From: Acidobacteriota bacterium
Lineage (GTDB): Bacteria; Acidobacteriota; Blastocatellia; Pyrinomonadales; Pyrinomonadaceae
NCBI GenBank assembly: GCA_020200135.1
Contig: JAIVJI010000009.1
Span: forward strand, 1,642 to 65,641
Length of the DNA: 64,000 nt
Direction: 5' to 3'
The position numbers and the translations under genes are program-made. Shown one piece after another: positions 1 through 7,951 of this stretch. Every line of letters starts with the position of its first letter. Within the stretch, counting starts at the first letter, position 1. The notes beneath the pieces were generated by a model. That model had not been told where the DNA came from and did not search any database. It saw nothing but the letters and a program-made list of their open reading frames with translations.

Positions 1-2168
1 TCCAAATCCTTTTCGGCGATGCGGAAGCCGTCCGAAGTCTCCTCCATGATGCCGAGCCGCTGCTGCGCGACCGCGGTCTGCCTCTCCGACGCCAGCAGCA
101 CGCAGTAGCTCGCCTCCGCCCCGCGCCCGACGCGGCCGCGCAACTGGTGGAGCTGAGAGAGGCCGAAGCGCTCGGCGTGCTCGACGACCATCACCGAGGC
201 GTTCGGCACGTCCACGCCGACCTCGACCACGGTCGTCGCGACGAGCACCTGCACCTCGCCGCGGACGAAGCGGCGCATCACCTCGTCCTTCTCGCCCGAC
301 TTCATCTTGCCGTGCAGGAGCCCGATCTGGAAGTGCGGGAAGACGCGGTCGCGCAGGTGCTCGAACATGCGCGTCGCGTCCTTCAGGTCCATCTTCTCCG
401 ACTCTTCGACCAGCGGGTAGACGACGTAAGCCTGGCGGCCGGCGCGCACCTCGCGCTCGATGCCTTTGTAGACGCCGGCGCGCTTCTCCTCGCCGACGAC
501 GACCGTCTTGACGGGCGTGCGGCCGGGAGGCAGCTCGTCGATGACCGAGACTTCGAGGTCGCCGTAGACGGTCATGGCGAGCGAGCGCGGGATGGGCGTG
601 GCGGTCATCACCAGCACGTCCGGGTTGAAGCCGCGCTCGCGCAGCGCCGCTCGCTGGAGGACGCCGAAGCGGTGCTGCTCGTCGATGACGACGAGACCGA
701 GCTTGCTGAACTCGACCGCGTCCTGGATGAGCGCGTGCGTGCCGATGGCGGCGTGTATCTCGCCGGCGGCGAGGTCGCGCTGGAGCCTGCGCTTCTCGGC
801 GGCCTTGAGCGACCCCGTTAGCAGTTCGACGCGGTAGGGCGTCTCGGCGAGCATCCGCTTGACGTTGCGCGCGTGCTGCTCGGCGAGGATTTCGGTCGGC
901 GCCATCAGCGCCGCCTGGTAGCCGTTCTCCATCGCGGCGAGCATGGCGAGCAGCGCGACGGCCGTCTTGCCGCTGCCCACGTCGCCCTGGAGGAGCCGGT
1001 TCATCGGCACGTCCGACTGCATGTCTTCGAGGATGCGCGTGACGGCGCGCTCCTGCGCGCCCGTGAGCGAGAAGGGGAGCACCGAGGTGATGCGCTCGCG
1101 GACGTGCGGCGTGACCTCGATGAGCGCGCCCTTCGGCTCCTTGACGCGCTCGTCGCGGCGCAGGCCGATGGCGAGCGCGACCCAGAAGAACTCCTCGAAG
1201 ATGAGCCGGAGGTGCGCGGGGCTGCGCGCGCGCTCGTAGTCGGCGAGCGGCGCGTCGTCGGAGGGGAAGTGTATGCGGCGCGTGGCCTCGGCGCGCGAGG
1301 CGAGGCGCTGGCGCGTGATGAGTTCGGCGGGCAGCGTCTCCTCGAACGCGGCGTCGTCGAGCCGCGCGAGCACGGCGTGGACTATCTCGCGCAGGCGCTT
1401 GGTGCGGAACTCGCCGAGCTTGCGGTAGACGGGCACGCGCCGCGCGACGTGGATTGACGCCAGCGCGGGGTCGGTCGCCTCGTCAACGCCGTGCTCTTCC
1501 GAGCCGTCTTCGTCGGCGACACCCGCGTCTTCGCCTCCCATCCCCTCGTCGGCGACGCTTCCGTCGAGTGCTTTCGCGTCCGCGGCCGCCGAGTCCGCCT
1601 GCTCGGCGAGGCGTATCAGCGCGTTCTCGGGCGGCGTGAAGGTGCCGGGGAGCATCTCCAACTCGTCGGGCTTGCCGAGCCGGAGCGCGAAGGTGTTGCG
1701 CCGCGCGTCCCACTCCCACTTGCCGAAGGCGATGAAGCGCGCGCCTCGCTCGAAGCGCTGGCGGTAGTAGGCGACGATGCGCCCGGCCTGCCGCCCCGAG
1801 ACGAACCACCAGACGACGACCGGCTTGCCCGTCCTTTCGGGGTCGCCCGCCGTCACCTCGAAGATGTAGAGCGGCGGCGCCTTCGGCCCGCGGTTCTTCC
1901 CGACCTGGAACGCGCCCGCCACGCGCACATACAAGTCCAGAGAAGCCTCGACGCCGTCGGTCAGGTCACTGATGCGCGCGAGGTTCGAGCGATCCTCGTA
2001 GCGCATCGGCAAATAGTTGAGGAGGTCTTCGACCGCGACCTCGCCCGCGTCGTGCTTGCCCGCGACGTTCGCCACGGCCAGCGCAAGCCTCCGCGCCGTC
2101 TGCGCGCCCAGACGCGAGATGCCCTGCTCCGACAAGTGCAGGACGGGCGTGTCGAGAGAGAGAGACAT
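1..2168 (-). CDS. recG: ATP-dependent DNA helicase RecG (3' end runs off the window)
   Basis: Own minus-strand translation from ATG at 2168 (MSLSLDTPVLHLSEQGISRLG...). Contains helicase motif I (LLQGDVGSGKTAVALLAM) and QLHQLRGRVGRG near the window edge. Absent from the ORF track because it is open at position 1. Confidence 0.9.
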   Translation of the reverse strand, partial: MSLSLDTPVLHLSEQGISRLGAQTARRLALAVANVAGKHDAGEVAVEDLLNYLPMRYEDRSNLARISDLTDGVEASLDLYVRVAGAFQVGKNRGPKAPPLYIFEVTAGDPERTGKPVVVWWFVSGRQAGRIVAYYRQRFERGARFIAFGKWEWDARRNTFALRLGKPDELEMLPGTFTPPENALIRLAEQADSAAADAKALDGSVADEGMGGEDAGVADEDGSEEHGVDEATDPALASIHVARRVPVYRKLGEFRTKRLREIVHAVLARLDDAAFEETLPAELITRQRLASRAEATRRIHFPSDDAPLADYERARSPAHLRLIFEEFFWVALAIGLRRDERVKEPKGALIEVTPHVRERITSVLPFSLTGAQERAVTRILEDMQSDVPMNRLLQGDVGSGKTAVALLAMLAAMENGYQAALMAPTEILAEQHARNVKRMLAETPYRVELLTGSLKAAEKRRLQRDLAAGEIHAAIGTHALIQDAVEFSKLGLVVIDEQHRFGVLQRAALRERGFNPDVLVMTATPIPRSLAMTVYGDLEVSVIDELPPGRTPVKTVVVGEEKRAGVYKGIEREVRAGRQAYVVYPLVEESEKMDLKDATRMFEHLRDRVFPHFQIGLLHGKMKSGEKDEVMRRFVRGEVQVLVATTVVEVGVDVPNASVMVVEHAERFGLSQLHQLRGRVGRGAEASYCVLLASERQTAVAQQRLGIMEETSDGFRIAEKDL

Positions 2169-2171
2169 GGG

Positions 2172-2232
2172 GGAAGGATGAAGGATGAAGGAGGAAAGCC
2201 CGGCTGCCGAGAGACGAGCTTTCCTCCTTCAC
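2172..2232. repeat. Period-7 palindromic element, family D (partial right arm)
   Basis: GGAAGGATGAAGGATGAAGGAGGAAAGC-N18-GCTTTCCTCCTTCAC. Fills the gap between the bacilliredoxin stop (2241) and the recG ATG (2168). Confidence 0.8.
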
Positions 2233-2240
2233 TTTTTCGC

Positions 2241-2681
2241 TTACGCGGTGGCCGCGCCGGCCGGGGCGCAGAAGCGGTCGAAGGCTTGCGTCAGCTCCTG
2301 GGCGATCTGCTCGGCGAACCTGTTCTCGATCTGGTGGCGTTCGAGCATGAAGACGAGCCGGCCGTCTTTGAAGAGGCCGATCTGGGGCGAGGAGGGCGGG
2401 TAGGGCGCGAAGTGCTCGCGCGCCTTGGCCGTCGCCTCGATGTCCGCGCCGGCGAAGACCGTGATGGTGCGGTCGGGCCTCGCCTCGTTCTGGAGTGCCA
2501 TCGCGATACCGGGGCGCGCCTTGCCGGCCGCGCAGCCGCAGACCGAGTTGACGACGACGAGCAGCGTGCCCTTCGCCTCGCCTATCGCCTGCTCGACCTG
2601 CTCGGGCGTCCGCGTCTCCTCGACGCCGATGCGCGTCAAGTCCTCGCGCATGGGCTTGATGAGAATTTCTGAGTACGGCAT
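2241..2681 (-). CDS. BrxA/BrxB-family bacilliredoxin (DUF1094, YphP/YqiW-like)
   Basis: 146 aa. VVVNSVCGCAAG carries the CGC redox motif, and the length and layout match B. subtilis YphP. AAGGAG Shine-Dalgarno upstream. Confidence 0.8.
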   Translation of the reverse strand: MPYSEILIKPMREDLTRIGVEETRTPEQVEQAIGEAKGTLLVVVNSVCGCAAGKARPGIAMALQNEARPDRTITVFAGADIEATAKAREHFAPYPPSSPQIGLFKDGRLVFMLERHQIENRFAEQIAQELTQAFDRFCAPAGAATA

Positions 2682-2798
2682 GTTTCGTTTCTCCTTGCTG
2701 TAAAGACTATGTCCTGTCCGTCAATAAATTCGGGTGACTTCGCGAAGTTAATTTAACACAGAGCGCGCGGTGGCGCGGAGACGGCCGAAGTCTCGCGT

Positions 2799-3320
2799 TC
2801 AGTCCTCGGCGTGTGCCCCGCGCGCGATGCTGATTCGGCGCGGGTCTTCGCCGTCGCCTTCGATCGAGACGCGCCAGACCGTGTCGGGGAGCCGGTAGCG
2901 CCCCATGCGCTCGGCCCACTCGATGACGATGACCGCGCGCTCGTCCGAGAGCAGCTCCTCCAGCTCGACGGCGTGCGCCGCTCCGTGGCCTTCGGCGAGG
3001 CGGTAGAGGTCGAGGTGGTAGAGCACGAGGCGGCCCTCCGCGTGGCGGTTGACGAGCGTGAACGAGGGGCTTGAGACTTCGGCCGGGTCGAGCCCGAGCC
3101 CGGCGGCGAGCCCCTTCGTGAAGACGGTCTTGCCCGCGCCGAGCGTGCCGCTCAGCAGCAGAATCTCGCCGCCGCGCAGGCGCTCGCCCACGCGCCGCCC
3201 AGCCTCGAAAGTCTCCCCCGCGGCGCTCGAAGTCCAGACGCCCGTCGGCACCGGCGCGACCATCTCGTTCGACTCATCCGTCCGGGGCGCGTTCGTCTCT
3301 TCCGGCGTGGCGGCGTTCAA
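2799..3320 (-). CDS. tsaE: tRNA t6A37 biosynthesis ATPase TsaE
   Basis: P-loop GTLGAGKT plus SPSFTLVNRH and LYHLDLYRL motifs. The TTG start overlaps the nnr stop. Start is uncertain (alternative ATG at 3263). Confidence 0.8.
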   Translation of the reverse strand: MNAATPEETNAPRTDESNEMVAPVPTGVWTSSAAGETFEAGRRVGERLRGGEILLLSGTLGAGKTVFTKGLAAGLGLDPAEVSSPSFTLVNRHAEGRLVLYHLDLYRLAEGHGAAHAVELEELLSDERAVIVIEWAERMGRYRLPDTVWRVSIEGDGEDPRRISIARGAHAED

Positions 3321-5002
3321 GGCATCTCTCCTTCCGGGTCGAGCGCGCGCACGGCGGCGCCCAGATACTTCCTCACGTCGGACGCGACCATCGTCCTCAT
3401 CCCCAGCTGGCGCGCGGCGAAATCGCCCGCGAGCCCCGAGACGTAGACGGCCGCGACCGACGCCGCCAGCGCGTCCCTACCCCCCCCGGCGAACTCCTGC
3501 GCGAGAAAGCCCGTGATGACGCCCGTGAGCGTGTCGCCCGAGCCGGCCGTGCCGAGGCCGGCGTTGCCGGTCGGGTTGACGAAGACGCGCCCGTCCGGCG
3601 CGGCGATGAGCGCGCGCGTGCCCTTGAGGACGACGTAGAGTCCGTGCGCGGCGGCGAACCCCGCGACGACATGCGTGCGCTCTTTGAGCGCCGCAGAATC
3701 CGACGCGCCGAGCAGACGCAGCATCTCGCCCGCGTGCGGCGTCAGGACGACGGGCGCCTCGGGCGTGCCCTTCAACTCGGCCGGCCACGGGGCGAGCGCG
3801 TTGAGGCCGTCGGCGTCGACGACGACGGGAGTCGTGCGGCGTTCGACCGCTTCGCGCACGAAGCGGCGCGTCGAGTGCGAGTCGTGCGTGAGACCGGGGC
3901 CGACGGCGACGACGGTCGCGCGCTCGGTCAGTCGCATTAACTGAGCCGAAGCGTCGGCGCTGATGCTTCCCGCGTCGGTTTCATTCAGCGCGGCCGTCAT
4001 CACCTCGGGCATCAGGCGCGCGGCCGCCGCCGGCACGGCCGACTCCGGCGCGGCCAGCGTGACCAGACCCGCCCCCGCGGACATCGCCGCGCCCGCGCAG
4101 AGCACGGCCGCGCCCGTCATCCCCCGCGAGCCGGCGACGACCAGCGCGTGCCCGTGCGTGTTCTTGTATGAGTCCGGCGCGTACCGCGTCGCTTCGAGCC
4201 ACGCGCGCGCGTCGGACGCCTCGGCGAGAAAGAGTTTGGACTGGGCGGCCTCGACGAGCGCGGGCGGCGAGCCGATGTCGGCGACGACGAGCCGTCCCCC
4301 CATGTGCGATGCGGGCGGGAGCACGTTCGCGGGCTTCGGCGCGGTGTAGGTGACGGTCAGGTCCGCGCGGACGGCCGGCCCCGTCGGCGCGGCCGAGTCC
4401 GCGTTCAGACCCGAGGGGAGGTCGAGCGAGACGAAGAGCGGCGCCGCGTGTCCCGCGTGGTTACGCGCGCCGCGCAGCAGTCCGAGGTGCGCGACGACCT
4501 TGGCGAAGACGCCTTCGAGCGGTCGCGTGAGCCCCGTCCCGAAGAGCGCGTCCACGATCACGTCGTAGCCGTGGCGCGCGCTCGCCAGAGCCTCCCACGC
4601 GGCCACGTCCGCACACTCCGCGAAGGAGAGCGGCGGCGGCCTGTGGTCGGAGCCCGCGTCAAAGCCCGCCAGCCTGCGGACGATATCGAAGTTGACGCGC
4701 GCGTCTCCCTTCGACTCCTCTGTGCGCCCGAAGAGGACGACATCCACGCGCGCGCCGGCCGTCAAGAGTGCGCGGGCCAGCGCCGCGCCGTCGCCGCCGT
4801 TGTTGCCGCGCCCGCAGAGGATTTGGAAGGTCTTTCCGCGGAGGTCGTGTGAGAAGTGCGCAGCGATTTCGCGCGCCGAGGCGTCGGCGGCCGCCTGCAT
4901 CAGGAGAAGGGAGGGGACGGCGAACCGCTCGGTCGTCAGGCGGTCTACCTCGCGCATCTCGGCTGCCGTCAGAATCTTTCTCACGAGCCGGGATGATAGC
5001 AC
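3317..5002 (-). CDS. nnr: Bifunctional NAD(P)H-hydrate repair enzyme Nnr (epimerase/dehydratase)
   Basis: 561 aa. N-terminal YjeF_N part (CGRGNNGGDG) and C-terminal carbohydrate-kinase-like part (GTAGSGDTLTG). GTG start; alternative GTG at 4984. Confidence 0.85.
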   Translation of the reverse strand: MLSSRLVRKILTAAEMREVDRLTTERFAVPSLLLMQAAADASAREIAAHFSHDLRGKTFQILCGRGNNGGDGAALARALLTAGARVDVVLFGRTEESKGDARVNFDIVRRLAGFDAGSDHRPPPLSFAECADVAAWEALASARHGYDVIVDALFGTGLTRPLEGVFAKVVAHLGLLRGARNHAGHAAPLFVSLDLPSGLNADSAAPTGPAVRADLTVTYTAPKPANVLPPASHMGGRLVVADIGSPPALVEAAQSKLFLAEASDARAWLEATRYAPDSYKNTHGHALVVAGSRGMTGAAVLCAGAAMSAGAGLVTLAAPESAVPAAAARLMPEVMTAALNETDAGSISADASAQLMRLTERATVVAVGPGLTHDSHSTRRFVREAVERRTTPVVVDADGLNALAPWPAELKGTPEAPVVLTPHAGEMLRLLGASDSAALKERTHVVAGFAAAHGLYVVLKGTRALIAAPDGRVFVNPTGNAGLGTAGSGDTLTGVITGFLAQEFAGGGRDALAASVAAVYVSGLAGDFAARQLGMRTMVASDVRKYLGAAVRALDPEGEMP

Positions 5003-5265
5003 GGACTTTGAATGGGGGAGGGACGCGCCCGTGCGGGATTTCGCTTGGGTGAGGGGGCGTGTGGAGAAAAAAGGCCCAAAACAAAAAAGGCGCCGTCTGC
5101 GCCTATTCGTCTGCCGTCTTCCACCCTGCCGCTACGCCAACCGCCTCGCCGAGCTTCCCGTTTTGTTGTATCTCACATAAATGTTGAATGAAGTTTGTCC
5201 TCCAGCAATTTTCTGTTTAACCGAAAATTTTTTTTCGGGCTGCGGGCGAGGGGCTTTTTGGAAAG

Positions 5266-5301
5266 AAAAGCCGGGTCGAGCAGACGCCCGACCCGGCTTT
5301 T
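5266..5301 (-). terminator. Intrinsic terminator after PEP-CTERM gene 5327-5887
   Basis: AAAAGCCGGGTCG-N10-CGACCCGGCTTTT; on the minus strand the hairpin is followed by TTTTCTTTCC. Confidence 0.6.
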
Positions 5302-5326
5302 CCAGGAACAGCTTACGCGGAGAAGG

Positions 5327-5887
5327 CTACTTGCCGGCGGCCCTGTTGCGGCGGCGGCGCACGCCGGCGGCGATGCCGGAGAGGCCGGTGCCGAGCAGGA
5401 TAAGCGTCGCGGGCTCCGGGATGGTTGACTGCTGCGCGCCGGTGATTTGGCCGGTGAGCGAGGCGGTCTGGCCCGGGTCAATCGACAGGTCGTTGACGCT
5501 GAAGGAGAACGAGCCGGTGCCGCAGGTGGTCTGCTGTCCCGGGACGCCGCCCGTCGGGTCTGGCTCGCAGTTCGTGTCGTTGAAAGTGAAGGTTAGCGGC
5601 GTGTTGTTAAAGTCGATAAAGACGCCGCCCTGGTTGTCGCTCCGCACTGTGCCTGTGATGTTGGCCGTAAAAGTCGCCTGGTTCGAGCCGTTGATACCCT
5701 GCGGGGCGGTGAACGTCACCTGGAGGGTAAAGGTCTGCCCGTTGTAAACGTTCGGGGCCGTGCTCAGGCTGAAGGAGCCGAGATTATTGAAGTTCGCACC
5801 GGGGTTCGGGTTGCCGCCGAGGCCACGGAATCCGCTGGCGGTCGTGCCGGCGAAAGTGGAGTTGCTGTAGGTCAGCCCGAGGATCAA
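5327..5887 (-). CDS. PEP-CTERM sorting-domain protein, apparently 5'-truncated (no signal peptide)
   Basis: C-terminal IPEPATLILLGTGLSGIAAGVRRRR. The ORF opens with TTG eight codons after an in-frame TAA, and the N-terminus (ILGLTYSNSTF...) has no signal peptide. Confidence 0.65.
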   Translation of the reverse strand: MILGLTYSNSTFAGTTASGFRGLGGNPNPGANFNNLGSFSLSTAPNVYNGQTFTLQVTFTAPQGINGSNQATFTANITGTVRSDNQGGVFIDFNNTPLTFTFNDTNCEPDPTGGVPGQQTTCGTGSFSFSVNDLSIDPGQTASLTGQITGAQQSTIPEPATLILLGTGLSGIAAGVRRRRNRAAGK

Positions 5888-5994
5888 GAATCCGATGTAG
5901 CCAGTAAACGCTTAATTCTTCGGCACTTTCAGAAAAGTGGAAGGGAATTTACCGGCTTCCAGAAAAAATGTCCAGTAAAATTTTTAACACAGAC

Positions 5995-6028
5995 GGCCGG
6001 CGGAGGGCGCTAAAACCCTCCGCCGGTC
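5995..6028 (-). terminator. Hairpin after PEP-CTERM gene 6057-6782
   Basis: GGCCGGCGGAGGG-cgctaaaa-CCCTCCGCCGGTC. Confidence 0.5.
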
Positions 6029-6056
6029 GGCGTGACTCCGCTTCTTTCGGAACGGC

Positions 6057-6782
6057 TCAAATTTTACCGGGGCTTTCGTCCCCGGCGTCCTTCTTCCGGC
6101 GCCTGCGCACCTTAGCCGCGACCCCGGCGAGGCCCGTCCCGAAGAGGAGCATCGTCATCGGCTCGGGGATGGGCTCGGGGCCCTGTCCGAGCTTGAAGTT
6201 GGTGAAGGAGCCCGTGTCGTCGCTCGTCCGTGCGAAGAGACCGAGGCGCAGGTTCGGGTCGGCCTCGAAGGCGGCCTGGAGCCGCGCGGCCTGCGTGGCG
6301 TCGAGCCCGAAGACGTAGTCGCCGTGCCCCTGCCCGCCGCCGAGTTCGCTGAAGAACTGAGGGCCGGCGGTGAAGGAGCCCTCGAAGAGTATCGTCGAGC
6401 CGTCCGAGCTGTAGGCCGTCAGCGTCATCTCGTGGAGGATGAGGTCGTTGTCCGGGTCCTCGATGTCCATGAAGATGCGGAGCTGGCCGGCGTTGGTGAT
6501 GCCCGCCTGCGCGAAGCTCAGGGTCTTGCTGTGCTCGCCCCGCTTGGCGATCTCGCCCGTAATGACGTCCCTCGAGCCGTTCCAGGCGACCTTGCCGAAG
6601 GCGTCCTCGGTGTTCTTGGGCGACTGGATGGAGAGGATCGACTCGGGCGTGTGCCCGACGCCGCCGTGCGGGGCGCTCTCACCGGGCAGAAGGATGATGT
6701 CGGCGCGCGCCTGGCCGCCCGCGAGGGCGACGAAGAGCACTGCCGCGGCACCCAACGAAAGGCTTCTGAAAAGATTTCTCAT
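6057..6782 (-). CDS. PEP-CTERM sorting-domain protein
   Basis: Start moved to ATG 6782 (M27 of the tracked ORF), which gives the signal peptide MRNLFRSLSLGAAAVLFVALAGGQARA. C-terminal IPEPMTMLLFGTGLAGVAAKVRRRR. Confidence 0.8.
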   Translation of the reverse strand: MRNLFRSLSLGAAAVLFVALAGGQARADIILLPGESAPHGGVGHTPESILSIQSPKNTEDAFGKVAWNGSRDVITGEIAKRGEHSKTLSFAQAGITNAGQLRIFMDIEDPDNDLILHEMTLTAYSSDGSTILFEGSFTAGPQFFSELGGGQGHGDYVFGLDATQAARLQAAFEADPNLRLGLFARTSDDTGSFTNFKLGQGPEPIPEPMTMLLFGTGLAGVAAKVRRRRKKDAGDESPGKI

Positions 6783-6975
6783 GGCTTGATGGCCTCCTGC
6801 TTGGAAAACTTCGAGTGAACTGGGTTCGGGCTTTGGAAACCCGGCGCCGGCCGAGGGCAAGAGGGAAGGGTTCCCTCCAAAGTTTCGCGAGGGGGAAGTC
6901 GCGGCTAACCTGATTTTTCTGTTCTTTGAGTTAAAAGTGGTAATCGGGAAGGGGTTCCAGATGTAGACACAAAAA

Positions 6976-7007
6976 GGACGGGGGCGACAACATCGTCGCC
7001 CCCGTCC
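6976..7007 (-). terminator. Intrinsic terminator after PEP-CTERM gene 7073-7699
   Basis: GGACGGGGGCGAC-loop-GTCGCCCCCGTCC; on the minus strand it is followed by TTTTTGTG. Confidence 0.7.
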
Positions 7008-7072
7008 TCGCTTTGCTCTCGGGCGCGCCGTGTGCGCGCGCCGGGCCGCGTAGCCTATGAAATTAAAGGGTT

Positions 7073-7699
7073 CTAGGCTTTGCGGCGGCGCCGCGCGCGG
7101 GCGGCGATGCCGGCCAGACCCGTCCCGAAGAGAATCATCGTCATCGGCTCGGGGATGGCGCCCGGGTTGCCGGCCACGTCGCTGAGGTCGCCGTTGACGG
7201 CCTGGAAGCGCGCGAAGATGGAGCGGGCGATCTGGTCGGCCGTCAGCCCGGAGAAGTCGCCGCTGATGACGAAGGTGGCGCTGGTGCCGCCCGCGATGCC
7301 GTTCTGGACGCTGCCTCCGCCGAAGGTGCAGTTACCGTTCGGCCTGTCGCACAGAACCAGGTCGAAGCTGGAGACGAAGTTCTGCGAGCCGGCGGTGGCG
7401 TTGAGGTCGTAGACGACTTTGTAGTTCGAGTTCGTCGAGGAGACGAGCGAGAAGTTGTTCGCGCGGTCGCCGGGAAGCGCGAACCCGATGTTGGTGATCG
7501 TCCCGGTCGAGCCGGGCGCGACCGACGTGTTCGTGATGGTGAAGGTGAACTGGTTGCCGCTCAGCGAGTAGTTGCTGATGGTGGCCGTGACGCCCGTCCC
7601 GTTGATGCCGGTGATCGTGAGGGTGTCGGCGCGAGCGACCGAGCTGAGCGCGAAGATGGCGATGGCGGCCGCGGTGGTGAGCAAAGCTTTTCTGAACAT
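7073..7699 (-). CDS. PEP-CTERM sorting-domain protein
   Basis: Signal peptide MFRKALLTTAAAIAIFALSSVARA. C-terminal IPEPMTMILFGTGLAGIAARARRRR. Confidence 0.85.
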   Translation of the reverse strand: MFRKALLTTAAAIAIFALSSVARADTLTITGINGTGVTATISNYSLSGNQFTFTITNTSVAPGSTGTITNIGFALPGDRANNFSLVSSTNSNYKVVYDLNATAGSQNFVSSFDLVLCDRPNGNCTFGGGSVQNGIAGGTSATFVISGDFSGLTADQIARSIFARFQAVNGDLSDVAGNPGAIPEPMTMILFGTGLAGIAARARRRRKA

Positions 7700-7951
7700 G
7701 GTTACCTCGATTTCCCCCGTAAAAGTTTGGAAATCCCGTCAGCTGCGGTGAGCATGTCGGGTGGAGCAAAAGAGCGACTTCGAGTTCAAAAACTCGCAAG
7801 CGGCTTCGCCTGTCAGGTCTTTTATCCCTTTGTCCTGTCGGGAAAAGATGAGCAATGCGGAGGCTTTTCCAGAAAATACGAGGTGCGCGGAGATTACAGA
7901 AAACCGGCGCCGGGTCGACCGAAATTCTTAGCGGCGGCGACCGGGAGCGGG

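Noticed and set aside
2185-2403. Small ORFs starting inside period-7 elements (MKEES... at 2185, MGEGGGMKDEV... at 34083, FTIHH... at 20220-20240).
   Set aside because: The ATG and SD-like strings are by-products of GGATGAA/GAAGGAGG heptamers. The ORFs run antisense into neighbouring genes and have junk composition.
5100-5260. AT-rich islands (5100-5260, 5890-5990, 6860-6960, 7700-7900, 43950-44260) as possible horizontally acquired fragments.
   Set aside because: They are short, sit exactly in promoter or terminator positions of adjacent genes, and contain no ORFs. They are more simply regulatory DNA.
7867-7883. Possible sigma-54 promoter (TGGAAA-N5-CCGCA on the minus strand) upstream of PEP-CTERM gene 7073-7699.
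   Set aside because: Only GG and GC are conserved, and the other two PEP-CTERM upstream regions lack a GC at the -12 position. It is reported only as part of a shared CTGGAA motif, not as a promoter call.
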